Positions 53,820 through 63,153 of a stretch of DNA of 64,000 nt are shown here, one piece after another (the stretch's first letter is position 1; every line of letters begins with the position of its first letter). The translations under genes and the position numbers were made by a program. Below the pieces are notes generated by a model. That model did no database searches and was not told where the DNA came from. It was given only the letters and a program-made list of their open reading frames with translations. Source of the stretch: Candidatus Latescibacterota bacterium (GTDB lineage: Bacteria > Latescibacterota > UBA2968 > UBA8231); NCBI GenBank assembly GCA_965217585.1, contig OZ244561.1, forward strand, positions 4,320,001 through 4,384,000. Reading direction: 5' to 3'.

Positions 53820-55751
53820 ATGGTAGTGCTCAGATCTATAGGAATTACTTCAGCGCTATTGCTCACCCTTTCGGGGATCTCCGGTGCCGAATGGCTGCTG
53901 ATAGGAGATCCAGACATAGGACTTGCTGACATGACCAGCGGCGGCAAGCCCACAACATTGACGATCCGGGAATTTTCAGATATCTCGGATTATGCCTTTG
54001 ACGGCTCGGATCTGGAGATTCCCTTCACGCTTGAGGGCACTGGAGCCACGGTGTATCTGGTTATCTACACCGTTGATCAGCACCCCCCGCTGACCATAGA
54101 GGGCGAAGGGCCCGCACCGTATAATGATCCCGAGCACGCGGCGGCCGGCTGGCATGTGTTTGAGGATGTCGATTGGCTGGTCTACAAGTCCGACGGTGTG
54201 CGCTTAGAAGAGGGTGCCAATACCATCGTCTGGAACGGCCGCGACCTGAACGGCGATATCGTACCTGCGGGCAGCTACGATCTCTTCTTGGCCGCCTTTG
54301 ACGACGAGGCGACCCCGCATATAGTCGGAACGGTTCGTCCCAACTTTGGCGGAGTTCACCAGCTAATCGTCGATACGGATCGGGGGCTTATGTTTGGCCC
54401 TTCCGAATACGTCCACAATATGGAGAACGACTGGATTGAGAACCTGCTGGGCAGAGACGAAGTCAATCGGCAGGAGGTGGAAGCCGCGTGCGGTGATAAT
54501 TGTTCCAGCAGAATCCACAATGGAACCCCGTTGAACGCCGATTACACCGAGTGGATCGGCAATATAAACGGCGGCGGCGGTTGGCTCGTGCGCTACAATT
54601 TTGATTGGGATGCACTCCAGGTCATCCCCCAGAGCGATTGGGCTTTGGACGCAGGTGCCGTAGATGGAATCCTCAGTTGCGGCGACGCGCTTCCCGGTCG
54701 CCAGTACGCCTCCATCACCAATCCGGAAAAAACAATCGTCTGGGCTGGCGGTGGGGTATCCGGCACCGTGGCCAAACTCACCGGCTGGGATGTGGAAACC
54801 GGCGAATTGGTCTCGGGCAAGGACTGGGATTTGTCGGAAATCTTCCTCTACGACAACAATGGCAGCGATCGGGTCGGAGGCGTGGGCTGGATCTCCAGGA
54901 TGTCCAACGGCGAGCCCGATCCCTTCGGCATTACCACAACGGGGCACCACACGTCGGTCATCTTGCGTCTGGATTATGACGGCAACGTAAAATACATAAA
55001 CCGCAATGGAGATGGCTTTGGCGACATGGAGGCGTTCAGCGATGGTGCCTTTGGTGGCGGTCTGATCTACGGCCATACCGAGGCCCCGTCCTTCAAGTAT
55101 TCGATCTACTCGACCAAGTGGGGCTGGACCGTGTATCCCGCAGGTGGGGCAGATGTCGTCAATTACGGGTACGTGCTAGGGGAAGATGGCTCGGGCCTAT
55201 TCAAACTCCAGCCCAAGGCCATCCCGGCGACCTTTCCGGATCATCTAATGATAGTTGACGAGGGCGAGAGCGATTGGGACGGCGTCTATCTCAACATAGG
55301 TGCGGGCGAAGGGGGAGCAGCGACCAATGACTGGATAAGTCAGTTGGGAGATGATCCAGATCCGGTGGTACCTCTCCTCTTTCCCATCGTGCACATGCCG
55401 TACGACCAGAAGCGGGTGAGCTTGGGTTCGGACGCCACGGCGATCACGGAACTGCAGGACAGGAATACGCCGGATAAGTACGAGCTGGGCAATGCCTATC
55501 CCAACCCCTTTAATCCGGAGACCACCATCCGCTTTTCTCTGCCCTGGAGCGTCGACGTCAAGGTCGATGTCTTCAACGATCAGGGCCAACTGGTCCGCAG
55601 TCTGGTTGACGAAACCATGAATGCTGGGCAGTTCGAGGTGACCTGGGACGGCAAGAATGACGCCGGCCAACAGGTTGCTAGCGGCGTGTACATCTACAAG
55701 ATCAATGCGCCGAACCTGAGCATGAGCAAGAAGGTGACTTTCCTCAAGTAG
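53820..55751 (+). CDS. Secreted protein with N-terminal FlgD-like and C-terminal FlgD-Ig/T9SS-like domain, paralog A
   Basis: Signal peptide; WNGRD..G..VPAGSY; YPNPFNPET...WDG...VASGVYIY..KKVTFLK. Confidence 0.8.
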   Translation: MVVLRSIGITSALLLTLSGISGAEWLLIGDPDIGLADMTSGGKPTTLTIREFSDISDYAFDGSDLEIPFTLEGTGATVYLVIYTVDQHPPLTIEGEGPAPYNDPEHAAAGWHVFEDVDWLVYKSDGVRLEEGANTIVWNGRDLNGDIVPAGSYDLFLAAFDDEATPHIVGTVRPNFGGVHQLIVDTDRGLMFGPSEYVHNMENDWIENLLGRDEVNRQEVEAACGDNCSSRIHNGTPLNADYTEWIGNINGGGGWLVRYNFDWDALQVIPQSDWALDAGAVDGILSCGDALPGRQYASITNPEKTIVWAGGGVSGTVAKLTGWDVETGELVSGKDWDLSEIFLYDNNGSDRVGGVGWISRMSNGEPDPFGITTTGHHTSVILRLDYDGNVKYINRNGDGFGDMEAFSDGAFGGGLIYGHTEAPSFKYSIYSTKWGWTVYPAGGADVVNYGYVLGEDGSGLFKLQPKAIPATFPDHLMIVDEGESDWDGVYLNIGAGEGGAATNDWISQLGDDPDPVVPLLFPIVHMPYDQKRVSLGSDATAITELQDRNTPDKYELGNAYPNPFNPETTIRFSLPWSVDVKVDVFNDQGQLVRSLVDETMNAGQFEVTWDGKNDAGQQVASGVYIYKINAPNLSMSKKVTFLK

Positions 55752-55807
55752 ACGATGTGGTAGGGACCACGAGACAGAGAAGTTAGATTAGGTGTTGTGA
55801 AGTGCGT

Positions 55808-55848
55808 AGAGAAACAGAGGATTTTATCGTCCTCTGTTTCTCTTTTTT
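55808..55848 (+). terminator. Rho-independent terminator
   Basis: 14-bp stem AGAGAAACAGAGGA/TCCTCTGTTTCTCT followed by T-tract. Confidence 0.85.
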
Positions 55849-55849
55849 A

Positions 55850-55927
55850 GAAGCCGTCTGAAAATTCTTGGTGAGCCCAAAGCGCGAGCGAGCCGCGCGA
55901 CGGCCGCTAGGGGGTTCAGACGGCTTC
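55850..55927. mobile_element. Putative 78-bp MITE
   Basis: 13-bp perfect TIR GAAGCCGTCTGAA/TTCAGACGGCTTC flanked by TTA on both sides. Confidence 0.55.
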
Positions 55928-55953
55928 TTAGGCTGTACAACCGGGTTGGTAGC

Positions 55954-57891
55954 ATGTCTAATGCTCAACATGAGGAAGCGACCGTTCGCTCCTTCCTGAT
56001 CGGGACCCTGGTCAGTCTATTGATCGGCTTGGGTATAGCCTATGCGGATAACGCCATTCGGGGGAGTTACATGGCGTTCGACTTCGGCTCCCCGGTGGCG
56101 GTGTTTTTTTTGTTCGTGATTGTCGCCTTGCTCAATCCCTTGGCGGGATGGATCCGCCGCGCCTGGTTCCTCTCAGAGGCCGAGATCACCCTTGTCTTTA
56201 TTATGGCGCTGGTGGCGGCTTCGATCCCGGCGATGGGACTGACCGGCTTTTTCCTTCCCTATCTGAGCGGCGCCCAGTATTATGCCAGTCCGGAGAATGG
56301 CTGGGCGGAGCTGTTTATGCACTACACCCCGGACTGGTTGATCGTGCAGGATCAGCAGGCCATCAAGAACTTCTACGAGGGCAATCCGCAGGGGGCGAGT
56401 GACATCCCCTGGAAGGCTTGGCTACCGTCTTTACTGGCGTGGCTGCCCTTTCTGCTGGCGCTCTACCTAGTCATGATCGCTTCTATGGTAATCCTGCGCC
56501 GCCAGTGGATGACGCACGAGCGCTTGCTCTACCCGCTGATGCAGCCCTCCCTGGCCCTGATCGCGCAAGAAAAGGGGCGCTTGCTGCCGCCTCTCTTGCG
56601 CTCGGCTTTATTCTGGTTTGGAGTGGGCATTCCCTTCACTATTGGCAGTGTCACGGCCCTGCACGCCTATTATCCTGTCTTTCCGAAGATCGAACTCTAT
56701 ACGCTCCTGCCAATTTTCCGCGGCACTACTCTACTTCGACCCGGCTTCTACTTTACAACCATCGGTTTTACTTATTTTCTGAGTCGGGACATCTCCCTCG
56801 GGATCTGGCTTTTTAACCTGCTGGCCAAGCTTCAGGAAGGGTCGTTCAACCTTCTGGGGGTTTCCAGCACCGAATATATGGAGTGGGTTACGGTGCCTAT
56901 CCTGGCGCATCAGAATATCGGGGCCATGATTGTTTTCGTGCTCTTCGGTCTATGGATGGGCCGCTCCCATCTGAGGGCAGTGGTGCGCAAGGCGTTCAGG
57001 GGTGACGCGTCGGTGCAAGATGCGGACGAGATGATGTCGTACCGGACCGCGGTCTTCTTGGTCCTGGGTGGCAGCGGGTTTATGATGTGGTGGCTGTGGA
57101 TGTCGGGTCTAGCGCTGTGGGCGACCGGCATGGTTCTGTTCATAGCGTTTGTGCTCTTTCTGGGACTGACCCGGATGGTGACGGAAGGGGGGTTCTTCAC
57201 CACGCGGGCACCCATGAACCCGGGGAATTTCATGGTGTCCGGATTCGGGACCGAGACGCTGGGGGCGAGCGGGGTGACGGCCTTGGGGTACACCTTTGTC
57301 TGGGCGGGAGAGCTGCGCGTCTTCGTCATGGCCGCCTGTGCTAATGCGCTCATGATGGCGGAGAAGATCCGCGGCCGACGGAAGATATTGCTGTGGGCTA
57401 TGCTGGTCGCGATTCTGGTCAGTGCGCTAGGTTCTATCTGGGTTGAGATGGCACTGGGGTATCGCTATGGGGGCGTCAACCTGAGCGGGTTTTTCACGGG
57501 ACTGGTGCACTATCCATTCAGATTCATCGCGCGCAACTTGGCAAACCCCACAGGCCCTCATTGGGGCGGGTGGTTGTGGACGGCGTACGGCGGCGTCTTG
57601 ATGGGGGGGCTGATGCTGGCCCGGCAACGCTTGTCGTGGTGGCCCATCCACCCGATGAGTCTGCCGATCAGTTCAATGTGGATGACGGACTCCATTATGC
57701 TGAGCGTCTTTCTATCCTGGTTGATCAAAGGAGTTATCTTGAAGTACGGGGGACGGCGACTCTACGACCGAGGCAAGCCATTTTTCATCGGCCTGGTCAT
57801 TGGCCAGTTTGCCTGCATGGGGTGCTGGCTGATTATAGATTATTTTACCGGTATGACAGGTAATGTGGTGTACCGGTTGAGTGGAGATTGA
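55954..57891 (+). CDS. DUF6785-like polytopic membrane protein, paralog 2
   Basis: YYASPENGW, ERLLYPL, WWPIHP, LKYGG...PFFIGLVIG; colinear with 44780-46741. Confidence 0.7.
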   Translation: MSNAQHEEATVRSFLIGTLVSLLIGLGIAYADNAIRGSYMAFDFGSPVAVFFLFVIVALLNPLAGWIRRAWFLSEAEITLVFIMALVAASIPAMGLTGFFLPYLSGAQYYASPENGWAELFMHYTPDWLIVQDQQAIKNFYEGNPQGASDIPWKAWLPSLLAWLPFLLALYLVMIASMVILRRQWMTHERLLYPLMQPSLALIAQEKGRLLPPLLRSALFWFGVGIPFTIGSVTALHAYYPVFPKIELYTLLPIFRGTTLLRPGFYFTTIGFTYFLSRDISLGIWLFNLLAKLQEGSFNLLGVSSTEYMEWVTVPILAHQNIGAMIVFVLFGLWMGRSHLRAVVRKAFRGDASVQDADEMMSYRTAVFLVLGGSGFMMWWLWMSGLALWATGMVLFIAFVLFLGLTRMVTEGGFFTTRAPMNPGNFMVSGFGTETLGASGVTALGYTFVWAGELRVFVMAACANALMMAEKIRGRRKILLWAMLVAILVSALGSIWVEMALGYRYGGVNLSGFFTGLVHYPFRFIARNLANPTGPHWGGWLWTAYGGVLMGGLMLARQRLSWWPIHPMSLPISSMWMTDSIMLSVFLSWLIKGVILKYGGRRLYDRGKPFFIGLVIGQFACMGCWLIIDYFTGMTGNVVYRLSGD

Positions 57892-57928
57892 CTCATGACA
57901 AATATCGGCGACAATCACCTCTTTGAGC

Positions 57929-57962
57929 AAAAAAAGCGCCGCCGGCAAAACCGGCGGCGCTT
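57929..57962 (-). terminator. Rho-independent terminator of paralog B
   Basis: Stem AAGCGCCGCCGG/CCGGCGGCGCTT with A-tract on the plus strand. Confidence 0.8.
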
Positions 57963-57998
57963 GGTGCAGGCCCATCTAGGCGATTGGCAGCGAGAACC

Positions 57999-59909
57999 TC
58001 ATTTGAGGAAAGTCACCTTCTTGCTCAAACTCAGGTTCGGCGCATTGATCTTGTAGATGTACACTCCGCTGGCGACCTGATGGCCCGCGTCGTCCGTGCC
58101 GTCCCAGGTCACCTCGAACTGCCCCGCATTCAACGTCTCGTTAACCAGTGTGCGGACGAGCTGACCCTGGTCGTTGAAGACGTCGATCTTGACGTCAACG
58201 TTCCAAGGCAGGGAAAAGCGAATGGTCGTCTCCGGGTTGAACGGGTTGGGATAGGCATTGCCCAACTCGTAGACGTCCGGCGTGTTCCCTTCCTGCTCGG
58301 TAATCGCCGTCATCATCGCACCTAGGTTGACCCTCTTCTGGTCATAGGGCCAATACGCGATGGGATAGGTATTGGGGAAAGGCGTATCAGCGGGTAACCA
58401 GTCGTTGGTGGCGGCTTCGTCCTGAATGCCGCCCACGGCTAAATACACGCCGTCCCAGTTGGTGTCGTCGTTGACGATGATGGTAAACTGCGGCCAAGTC
58501 AGAGGAGCTTGCTTGGGTTGGAAATTGAACAGACCCGAGCCGTCCTGGCCCAGGACGTATCCAAAGTTGACATTGTCGAGACCGTTGGCCGGCAGCGAGA
58601 CCCAGCCCCAGTCGGTGACGTAGATCGAGTACTTGAAGTTGGGTGCCTCGGTGTGGCCGTAGATCAAGTCGGCAAAGCCGGCCTCCGCGCTCCAGGGCTT
58701 CTGGTCGCCAAAGCCGTCGCCGTTGCGATTGACCCACTTCAAGTTGCCGTCCCAGTCGTGGCGCGTTACCAACGAGGTGTGGTGGCTAGTGGCAGCAATG
58801 CCAAAGGGATCGGGCTCGCCGTTGTACTGCTTGGCCACCCAACCGGGGCCGCTGCTGCGGTCGCTGCCCTTGTTGTCGTAGAGCCACAGATCCGACTGAT
58901 CCCAGTCGAAGAGCTTTTCGCCGGTCTCGACCGACCAGCCGACCATGGAACTCTGGGTGCCGGAGACCCCGCCGGTAGTCAGCAGGATGGTCTTGTCCGG
59001 ATTGAGGTATGAGCCGTAGGCACGGCCGGGCATGCCGTTCTCGATGACGCCGTTCTCGGCACCGGCGTCCAAGCCCCACTCCTCGTCGGCGATGAGTTGG
59101 TTGGAATCCCAGTCGATGGAACCGCGCAGCATAAAACCCGTCCCAGACTGGATATTACCGATCCAGTCATTGCCGCTGAGCAGGTTGATGGTCCGAAAGG
59201 CATCGCCGCTGCAGCGCTCGCCGCAGGCATCGCTCAGGGAGGAAACATCAAGGGCGTCGAGCGACTCCGTCTGGGCAGCCCAGTCGTGCTCGATCCAGTC
59301 GTCGGTCATGGTCGCCTTGTACAGGGCGCCGTACAGCAGGTCGCGGCTCGGGTCGATGGCGACAAAGCGATATGAACCCGTGGTCCGCTTCACCGGACCG
59401 ACGAGATGGGGCGTGGCCTCGTCGTCGTACGCGGCTAGGTGCAGGTGGTACGCGCCGGCCTCCACGACATTGCCGTCCATGTCTCGGCCGTTCCACACGA
59501 TGGTGTTGTCGCCTTCTTCAACGCGCTGGCCCTCGGACTTGAAAACCAGGTAATCGACGCCTTCGTACACGTGCCAACCTGGATCGCCGCGCTCGGCGTC
59601 CTGGTACGGGGGTGGCCCTTCGCCCTCAATGGTCAGGGGCGGATTCTGGCCCGTGGTGTAGATGATGAGCCACACGGTGGCACCGGCACCCTCGAGGGTG
59701 AAATTGATCTCCAGATCCGAACCATCAAAGGCGTAGTCTTCGATGTCGCTTAGCCCTTCGATGGTGAGGATGGTGGGAGGTTCGCCGCCGCTGGTCATAT
59801 CGGCCAAGCCGACATCGGCGCTACCGGCGTGCAGAAAAGCGCTAGCCGACCCCACAGAGAGGAATAGAGCCATGACGGCCATTCCCAAAATGTGCAATAC
59901 TTTCATCAT
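57999..59909 (-). CDS. Secreted FlgD-domain protein, paralog B
   Basis: Signal MMKVLHILG...ASA; colinear with paralog A; near-identical C-terminal domain. Confidence 0.8.
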   Translation of the reverse strand: MMKVLHILGMAVMALFLSVGSASAFLHAGSADVGLADMTSGGEPPTILTIEGLSDIEDYAFDGSDLEINFTLEGAGATVWLIIYTTGQNPPLTIEGEGPPPYQDAERGDPGWHVYEGVDYLVFKSEGQRVEEGDNTIVWNGRDMDGNVVEAGAYHLHLAAYDDEATPHLVGPVKRTTGSYRFVAIDPSRDLLYGALYKATMTDDWIEHDWAAQTESLDALDVSSLSDACGERCSGDAFRTINLLSGNDWIGNIQSGTGFMLRGSIDWDSNQLIADEEWGLDAGAENGVIENGMPGRAYGSYLNPDKTILLTTGGVSGTQSSMVGWSVETGEKLFDWDQSDLWLYDNKGSDRSSGPGWVAKQYNGEPDPFGIAATSHHTSLVTRHDWDGNLKWVNRNGDGFGDQKPWSAEAGFADLIYGHTEAPNFKYSIYVTDWGWVSLPANGLDNVNFGYVLGQDGSGLFNFQPKQAPLTWPQFTIIVNDDTNWDGVYLAVGGIQDEAATNDWLPADTPFPNTYPIAYWPYDQKRVNLGAMMTAITEQEGNTPDVYELGNAYPNPFNPETTIRFSLPWNVDVKIDVFNDQGQLVRTLVNETLNAGQFEVTWDGTDDAGHQVASGVYIYKINAPNLSLSKKVTFLK

Positions 59910-59941
59910 ACTTCCTCGCTTTTTAAGTTTTAGTTGTGCAT

Positions 59942-60001
59942 GGCTTTGTTGCATGAAAACCGGCCGGGGCCTGTTGGCCCTAGCCCTCGATGATTTAAGC
60001 G
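59942..60001 (-). promoter_or_regulatory. Conserved leader motif, copy B
   Basis: Identical 21-mer to copy A and alignable upstream stem. Confidence 0.6.
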
Positions 60002-60023
60002 TCGTTGTCTACCTGGGCGGCCC

Positions 60024-60070
60024 CCGCGCCGACTCCTCGGTCTGAATCACCAACTCCTGTTGCACACCAT
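60024..60070 (-). pseudogene. exbB paralog remnant
   Basis: 60035-60056 matches exbB 40990-41011 at 21/22 nt (QELVIQTEESAR vs EELVIQTEGAAR); orphan RBS GAGGAGG + ATG 60070. Confidence 0.6.
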
Positions 60071-60121
60071 GTACCTCCTCTACGCTGTCCCTAAGCGCCC
60101 CCTGGGCGTAGCCCATCGGGC

Positions 60122-60895
60122 CTATCCCTGGGGCGCGGCGGTCACCTGTTGCACTGCGTTCCTTTCGATTTGTTGCTCGAATTCGAGGACGATGTCCACT
60201 GTTTCTATGGGCTGTTCGGAAGCGTCGAATTTCAGGACGAAATCCTTGAGCACCAAGCGCACCTGCCGCACTTCCTCGTCGAGCGGTTCAAAGGCCAGCA
60301 AACCAGTGTAGTTTTCTCCCTTGAACACTTTCTGGTCCTCTATATAAGCGGTGCTGCGCACATTGCCCATGCGCAGGTCGAAACGGTAGAATTCGTTGCC
60401 GCTCTGGCCCCGGATGGCCCGGTAGTAGCGCTCGAAACTATTGTGCGGCGAGAAAGACGGCAGGCCAAAGGAATGTAGCACCTCGCCCCGATCAGTGTAG
60501 AGCAGGGCCTCGATGGGGTCCAGCATGACCTTGGCGTACACATCGTTGGTGACGCTGATGCGGAATACAGTGAAGCGCTTGGGCGTATGGCCCACGAGCG
60601 GGTCGATCCAGTCCCCGTACGTATAGGGGTTGGTGGAGAAGAAACCCCGGTGCGAGTCCTCGGGGAATATAGCGTTCAATTCCGCGTCTGTCATGGACTC
60701 GACTTTGACGCGCAAGCCTTCGATGGCGTAGGTGACGGATCCCTCCACCTCCACCTCCACCACATAGTCTTTCGGGCTGGCCTGCTGGGCACTGGGGACC
60801 AAGTCGTTGCTGTACAGGATATTGGGCGGCGTGAAGAAACTGCACCCGCTGAAAACCAGCAGTAAGGCGGCAAAACGCATGATCGCGTACCTCAT
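60122..60895 (-). CDS. Hypothetical lipoprotein
   Basis: Lipobox VFSGC; ATGA overlap with DUF4159 gene. Confidence 0.7.
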   Translation of the reverse strand: MRYAIMRFAALLLVFSGCSFFTPPNILYSNDLVPSAQQASPKDYVVEVEVEGSVTYAIEGLRVKVESMTDAELNAIFPEDSHRGFFSTNPYTYGDWIDPLVGHTPKRFTVFRISVTNDVYAKVMLDPIEALLYTDRGEVLHSFGLPSFSPHNSFERYYRAIRGQSGNEFYRFDLRMGNVRSTAYIEDQKVFKGENYTGLLAFEPLDEEVRQVRLVLKDFVLKFDASEQPIETVDIVLEFEQQIERNAVQQVTAAPQG

Positions 60896-62127
60896 TGGCT
60901 ACTGACCTGACGGTAAAAGTCGATTTGCTGCTGGGCGATGGATCCCTCTTGGGTGAGGGCGAAAATAACGGCATTGATGCCAAAGCGCAATTGCGGCTCG
61001 TTGCCGTACAACTGAGCCCAGTTGTGCACGTATCCCTTGTCCGAATAAATTCCCACCAAGCGGTTGTCCAAGAAAATCCCCTCGAGGTTGTACACCGACT
61101 CGGCAATAGTCTGGAAATTCTGGCCTCGCTGATCGGCAAAGGAGCCGACCTGCAATTCCGAACCGACGGGCGGACCGTCGAAATCGTAGAACGTGTGGTA
61201 AATGGGATGCGTATTGTGAATGGGCCGCAGGGTCCCCTGGGCACCCAAGGCATCGCGGAAAATCTGCCGCAGCGAGGCCTCGGCTTGGCTGAACTCGAGC
61301 GTGGGGGTGGCGTTGTCGACAAAAATAAAACCCCCGCTGCGCAGGTAAGCGCCCAAGTTGTGGATTTCGCGCTCGGTCAGTTCAAAAGCCTCGTTCGCGG
61401 TGATGTACACAAAAGGCGTGCGGAAGAGCTCCTGCGAATCGAGGAAGAGATGCTCGTCTACCTTGGCGGTGATGCCCGTCTGCTCATTGAGCGCATCGAC
61501 CAGATTGGGCATGGCTTTGGCGGCGCTGTCAAAGATCGGCTCCAGGTCCGTGGCCCAGGCCGTGCCCAGATAGACGAAGCCCATGACGTTCTTCTTGTCC
61601 GTCGGGTCCTGGATGATTAGGCCCTTGTACTTGCCGGTGTCCAGCGCATCAAGGTCGAGCAATTCTTCGCGCATGGCAATGCGCTTCTCCGGCTCCTTGG
61701 TACCCTTGACCCGGGCGGCCGACAGCTCGATGGGAGTGGTCTGCAAATCGATCTGCACGTCGGCTTCCACGGCGTATTCGAAAGTCTCAATGCGGCCGAA
61801 CACCGAGGCACCGGGCAGGCGGCGGGTCGTGGGCGTAGCCAGCCGGGGTTTCATGGTGGTCACCTGCTTGGTCATGGCCCGGGGGCGCAGGCGTTGGCGT
61901 TTGAGGGCAAAGGGCTTGGTCGATTTGGGCTTGCGGATGATGAGCCGGGTGACCGCCGGCTGAGGCGCGGCCCGCTCCTTGCCCACCACGATGAAATAGG
62001 CTATCCCCCCCGACGAGGACACTAGGGCGATGACCAATCCCCAGATGGTGGCGCGATAGGTCTTGAGCAGGCGACTCAAGCGCAGTCCGTCGCTCGGCAC
62101 CCTGAAACGACTTTGGTCTAGCGGCAT
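60892..62127 (-). CDS. DUF4159 protein with N-terminal TM helix and basic/Pro-rich linker
   Basis: PFVYIT, LGAYLRSGGFIFVD, HPIYHTFYDF, FGINAVIFALT. Confidence 0.8.
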   Translation of the reverse strand: MPLDQSRFRVPSDGLRLSRLLKTYRATIWGLVIALVSSSGGIAYFIVVGKERAAPQPAVTRLIIRKPKSTKPFALKRQRLRPRAMTKQVTTMKPRLATPTTRRLPGASVFGRIETFEYAVEADVQIDLQTTPIELSAARVKGTKEPEKRIAMREELLDLDALDTGKYKGLIIQDPTDKKNVMGFVYLGTAWATDLEPIFDSAAKAMPNLVDALNEQTGITAKVDEHLFLDSQELFRTPFVYITANEAFELTEREIHNLGAYLRSGGFIFVDNATPTLEFSQAEASLRQIFRDALGAQGTLRPIHNTHPIYHTFYDFDGPPVGSELQVGSFADQRGQNFQTIAESVYNLEGIFLDNRLVGIYSDKGYVHNWAQLYGNEPQLRFGINAVIFALTQEGSIAQQQIDFYRQVSSQ

Positions 62128-62144
62128 GGGATCCTATCCCTATT

Positions 62145-62528
62145 CTAGGGCACTTCTAAGATAAAGGGCTCGGATTGCGGCCCGAAAAAATCGCGGGCGT
62201 CGACCGCCCACACGCGAATCTGCCAAACGGTCCCCGCTTCGGTACTCAACGATCCATCGTCGGCAAAGGCGCGGGCTTCCGGATCTGCTACTGACTTAGT
62301 CTCCATGCCGCCGCTGGCGTCCGTGAAGCTGACGACGAAACCGGCGACATTCTCCGCGGTGGCCATCTGCCAGGACACGCTCACGGCCCCTCCCTCTACC
62401 CCCGCCTGCACATCGGTGGGTTGGGCGAGGAGACCTCGATGGTACTGGGAAGGCATCTCCGTGTCGTTGCTGCAGGCGACTAGGGCCACCAGCGCCGTTC
62501 CCGCAAAAAGGCGTATCGCTCTATACAT
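62145..62528 (-). CDS. Lipoprotein with fibronectin type III-like domain
   Basis: Lipobox LVAC; PTDVQA..VSVSW...VWAVD. Confidence 0.65.
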   Translation of the reverse strand: MYRAIRLFAGTALVALVACSNDTEMPSQYHRGLLAQPTDVQAGVEGGAVSVSWQMATAENVAGFVVSFTDASGGMETKSVADPEARAFADDGSLSTEAGTVWQIRVWAVDARDFFGPQSEPFILEVP

Positions 62529-62553
62529 GCCCGAACTCCTTACAAGGATGCGG

Positions 62554-63111
62554 TTAAAAACGGGCCACTAAGCCCATGCCCGGGGCGTTGCCAGCGGCCA
62601 TGGGCACCAGATTGACGGCTTTGCCCGCCACGGGCGCGCCGCCGTAGAACAGCACGTCCAGCACATTGTAGCTGTACGTCGCCAAGCTCAGGACGCCAAA
62701 GACGCGGCGCAACAGATGGGACCGGTCGAGATCGTCTTTCTTGCCCGCCAGTCGTTGCCAACTCTCCTCGGCCTGGGCAAAAGTGCCAGCATCCCGCAAC
62801 GCTTGGTAGCGCTCCTTTTCCAGTTCGAATTGCACTTCCTGGGTATTGAAGTCTTCGTGCGACGTCAACCAGATCACCAGACAGCCCATCTCGGCTACCA
62901 TCAGGGTCGTGCCCTTGGGCTTGTGGCCGGTGGCCAACTGGCCCAATCCGGGAAAGATCAGGGATAGACCAACAGCCTGCGGGCGCGAGACGCCGCTCTG
63001 GCGCTCCTCAAAGCGCTTTGCCGGCGCCTCCTGGGCCCAGAGCCCTTGGCTGGCGAGAAGCAACACGGCGCTGCCCAAAATGGCCGTCAGGGGTCGTATC
63101 AACATAGCCAA
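62554..63111 (-). CDS. DUF5683-like membrane/outer-membrane protein
   Basis: Signal peptide; SLIFPGLGQ, YNVLD, C-terminal Phe. Confidence 0.6.
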   Translation of the reverse strand: MAMLIRPLTAILGSAVLLLASQGLWAQEAPAKRFEERQSGVSRPQAVGLSLIFPGLGQLATGHKPKGTTLMVAEMGCLVIWLTSHEDFNTQEVQFELEKERYQALRDAGTFAQAEESWQRLAGKKDDLDRSHLLRRVFGVLSLATYSYNVLDVLFYGGAPVAGKAVNLVPMAAGNAPGMGLVARF

Positions 63112-63153
63112 ATCCTCATTTGTCGTCTCTACCTCCGGCGGTGCAAAACAAAT

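Noticed and set aside
55853-55924. GCCGTCTGAA inverted pair equals the Neisseria DNA uptake sequence
   Set aside because: Only this pair was noticed in 64 kb and the gene content is not neisserial; better explained as a TIR
60047-60070. RBS + MVCNRSW-UGA as a possible selenoprotein or leader peptide
   Set aside because: Read-through gives no recognisable protein or SECIS; the exbB scar explains the sequence
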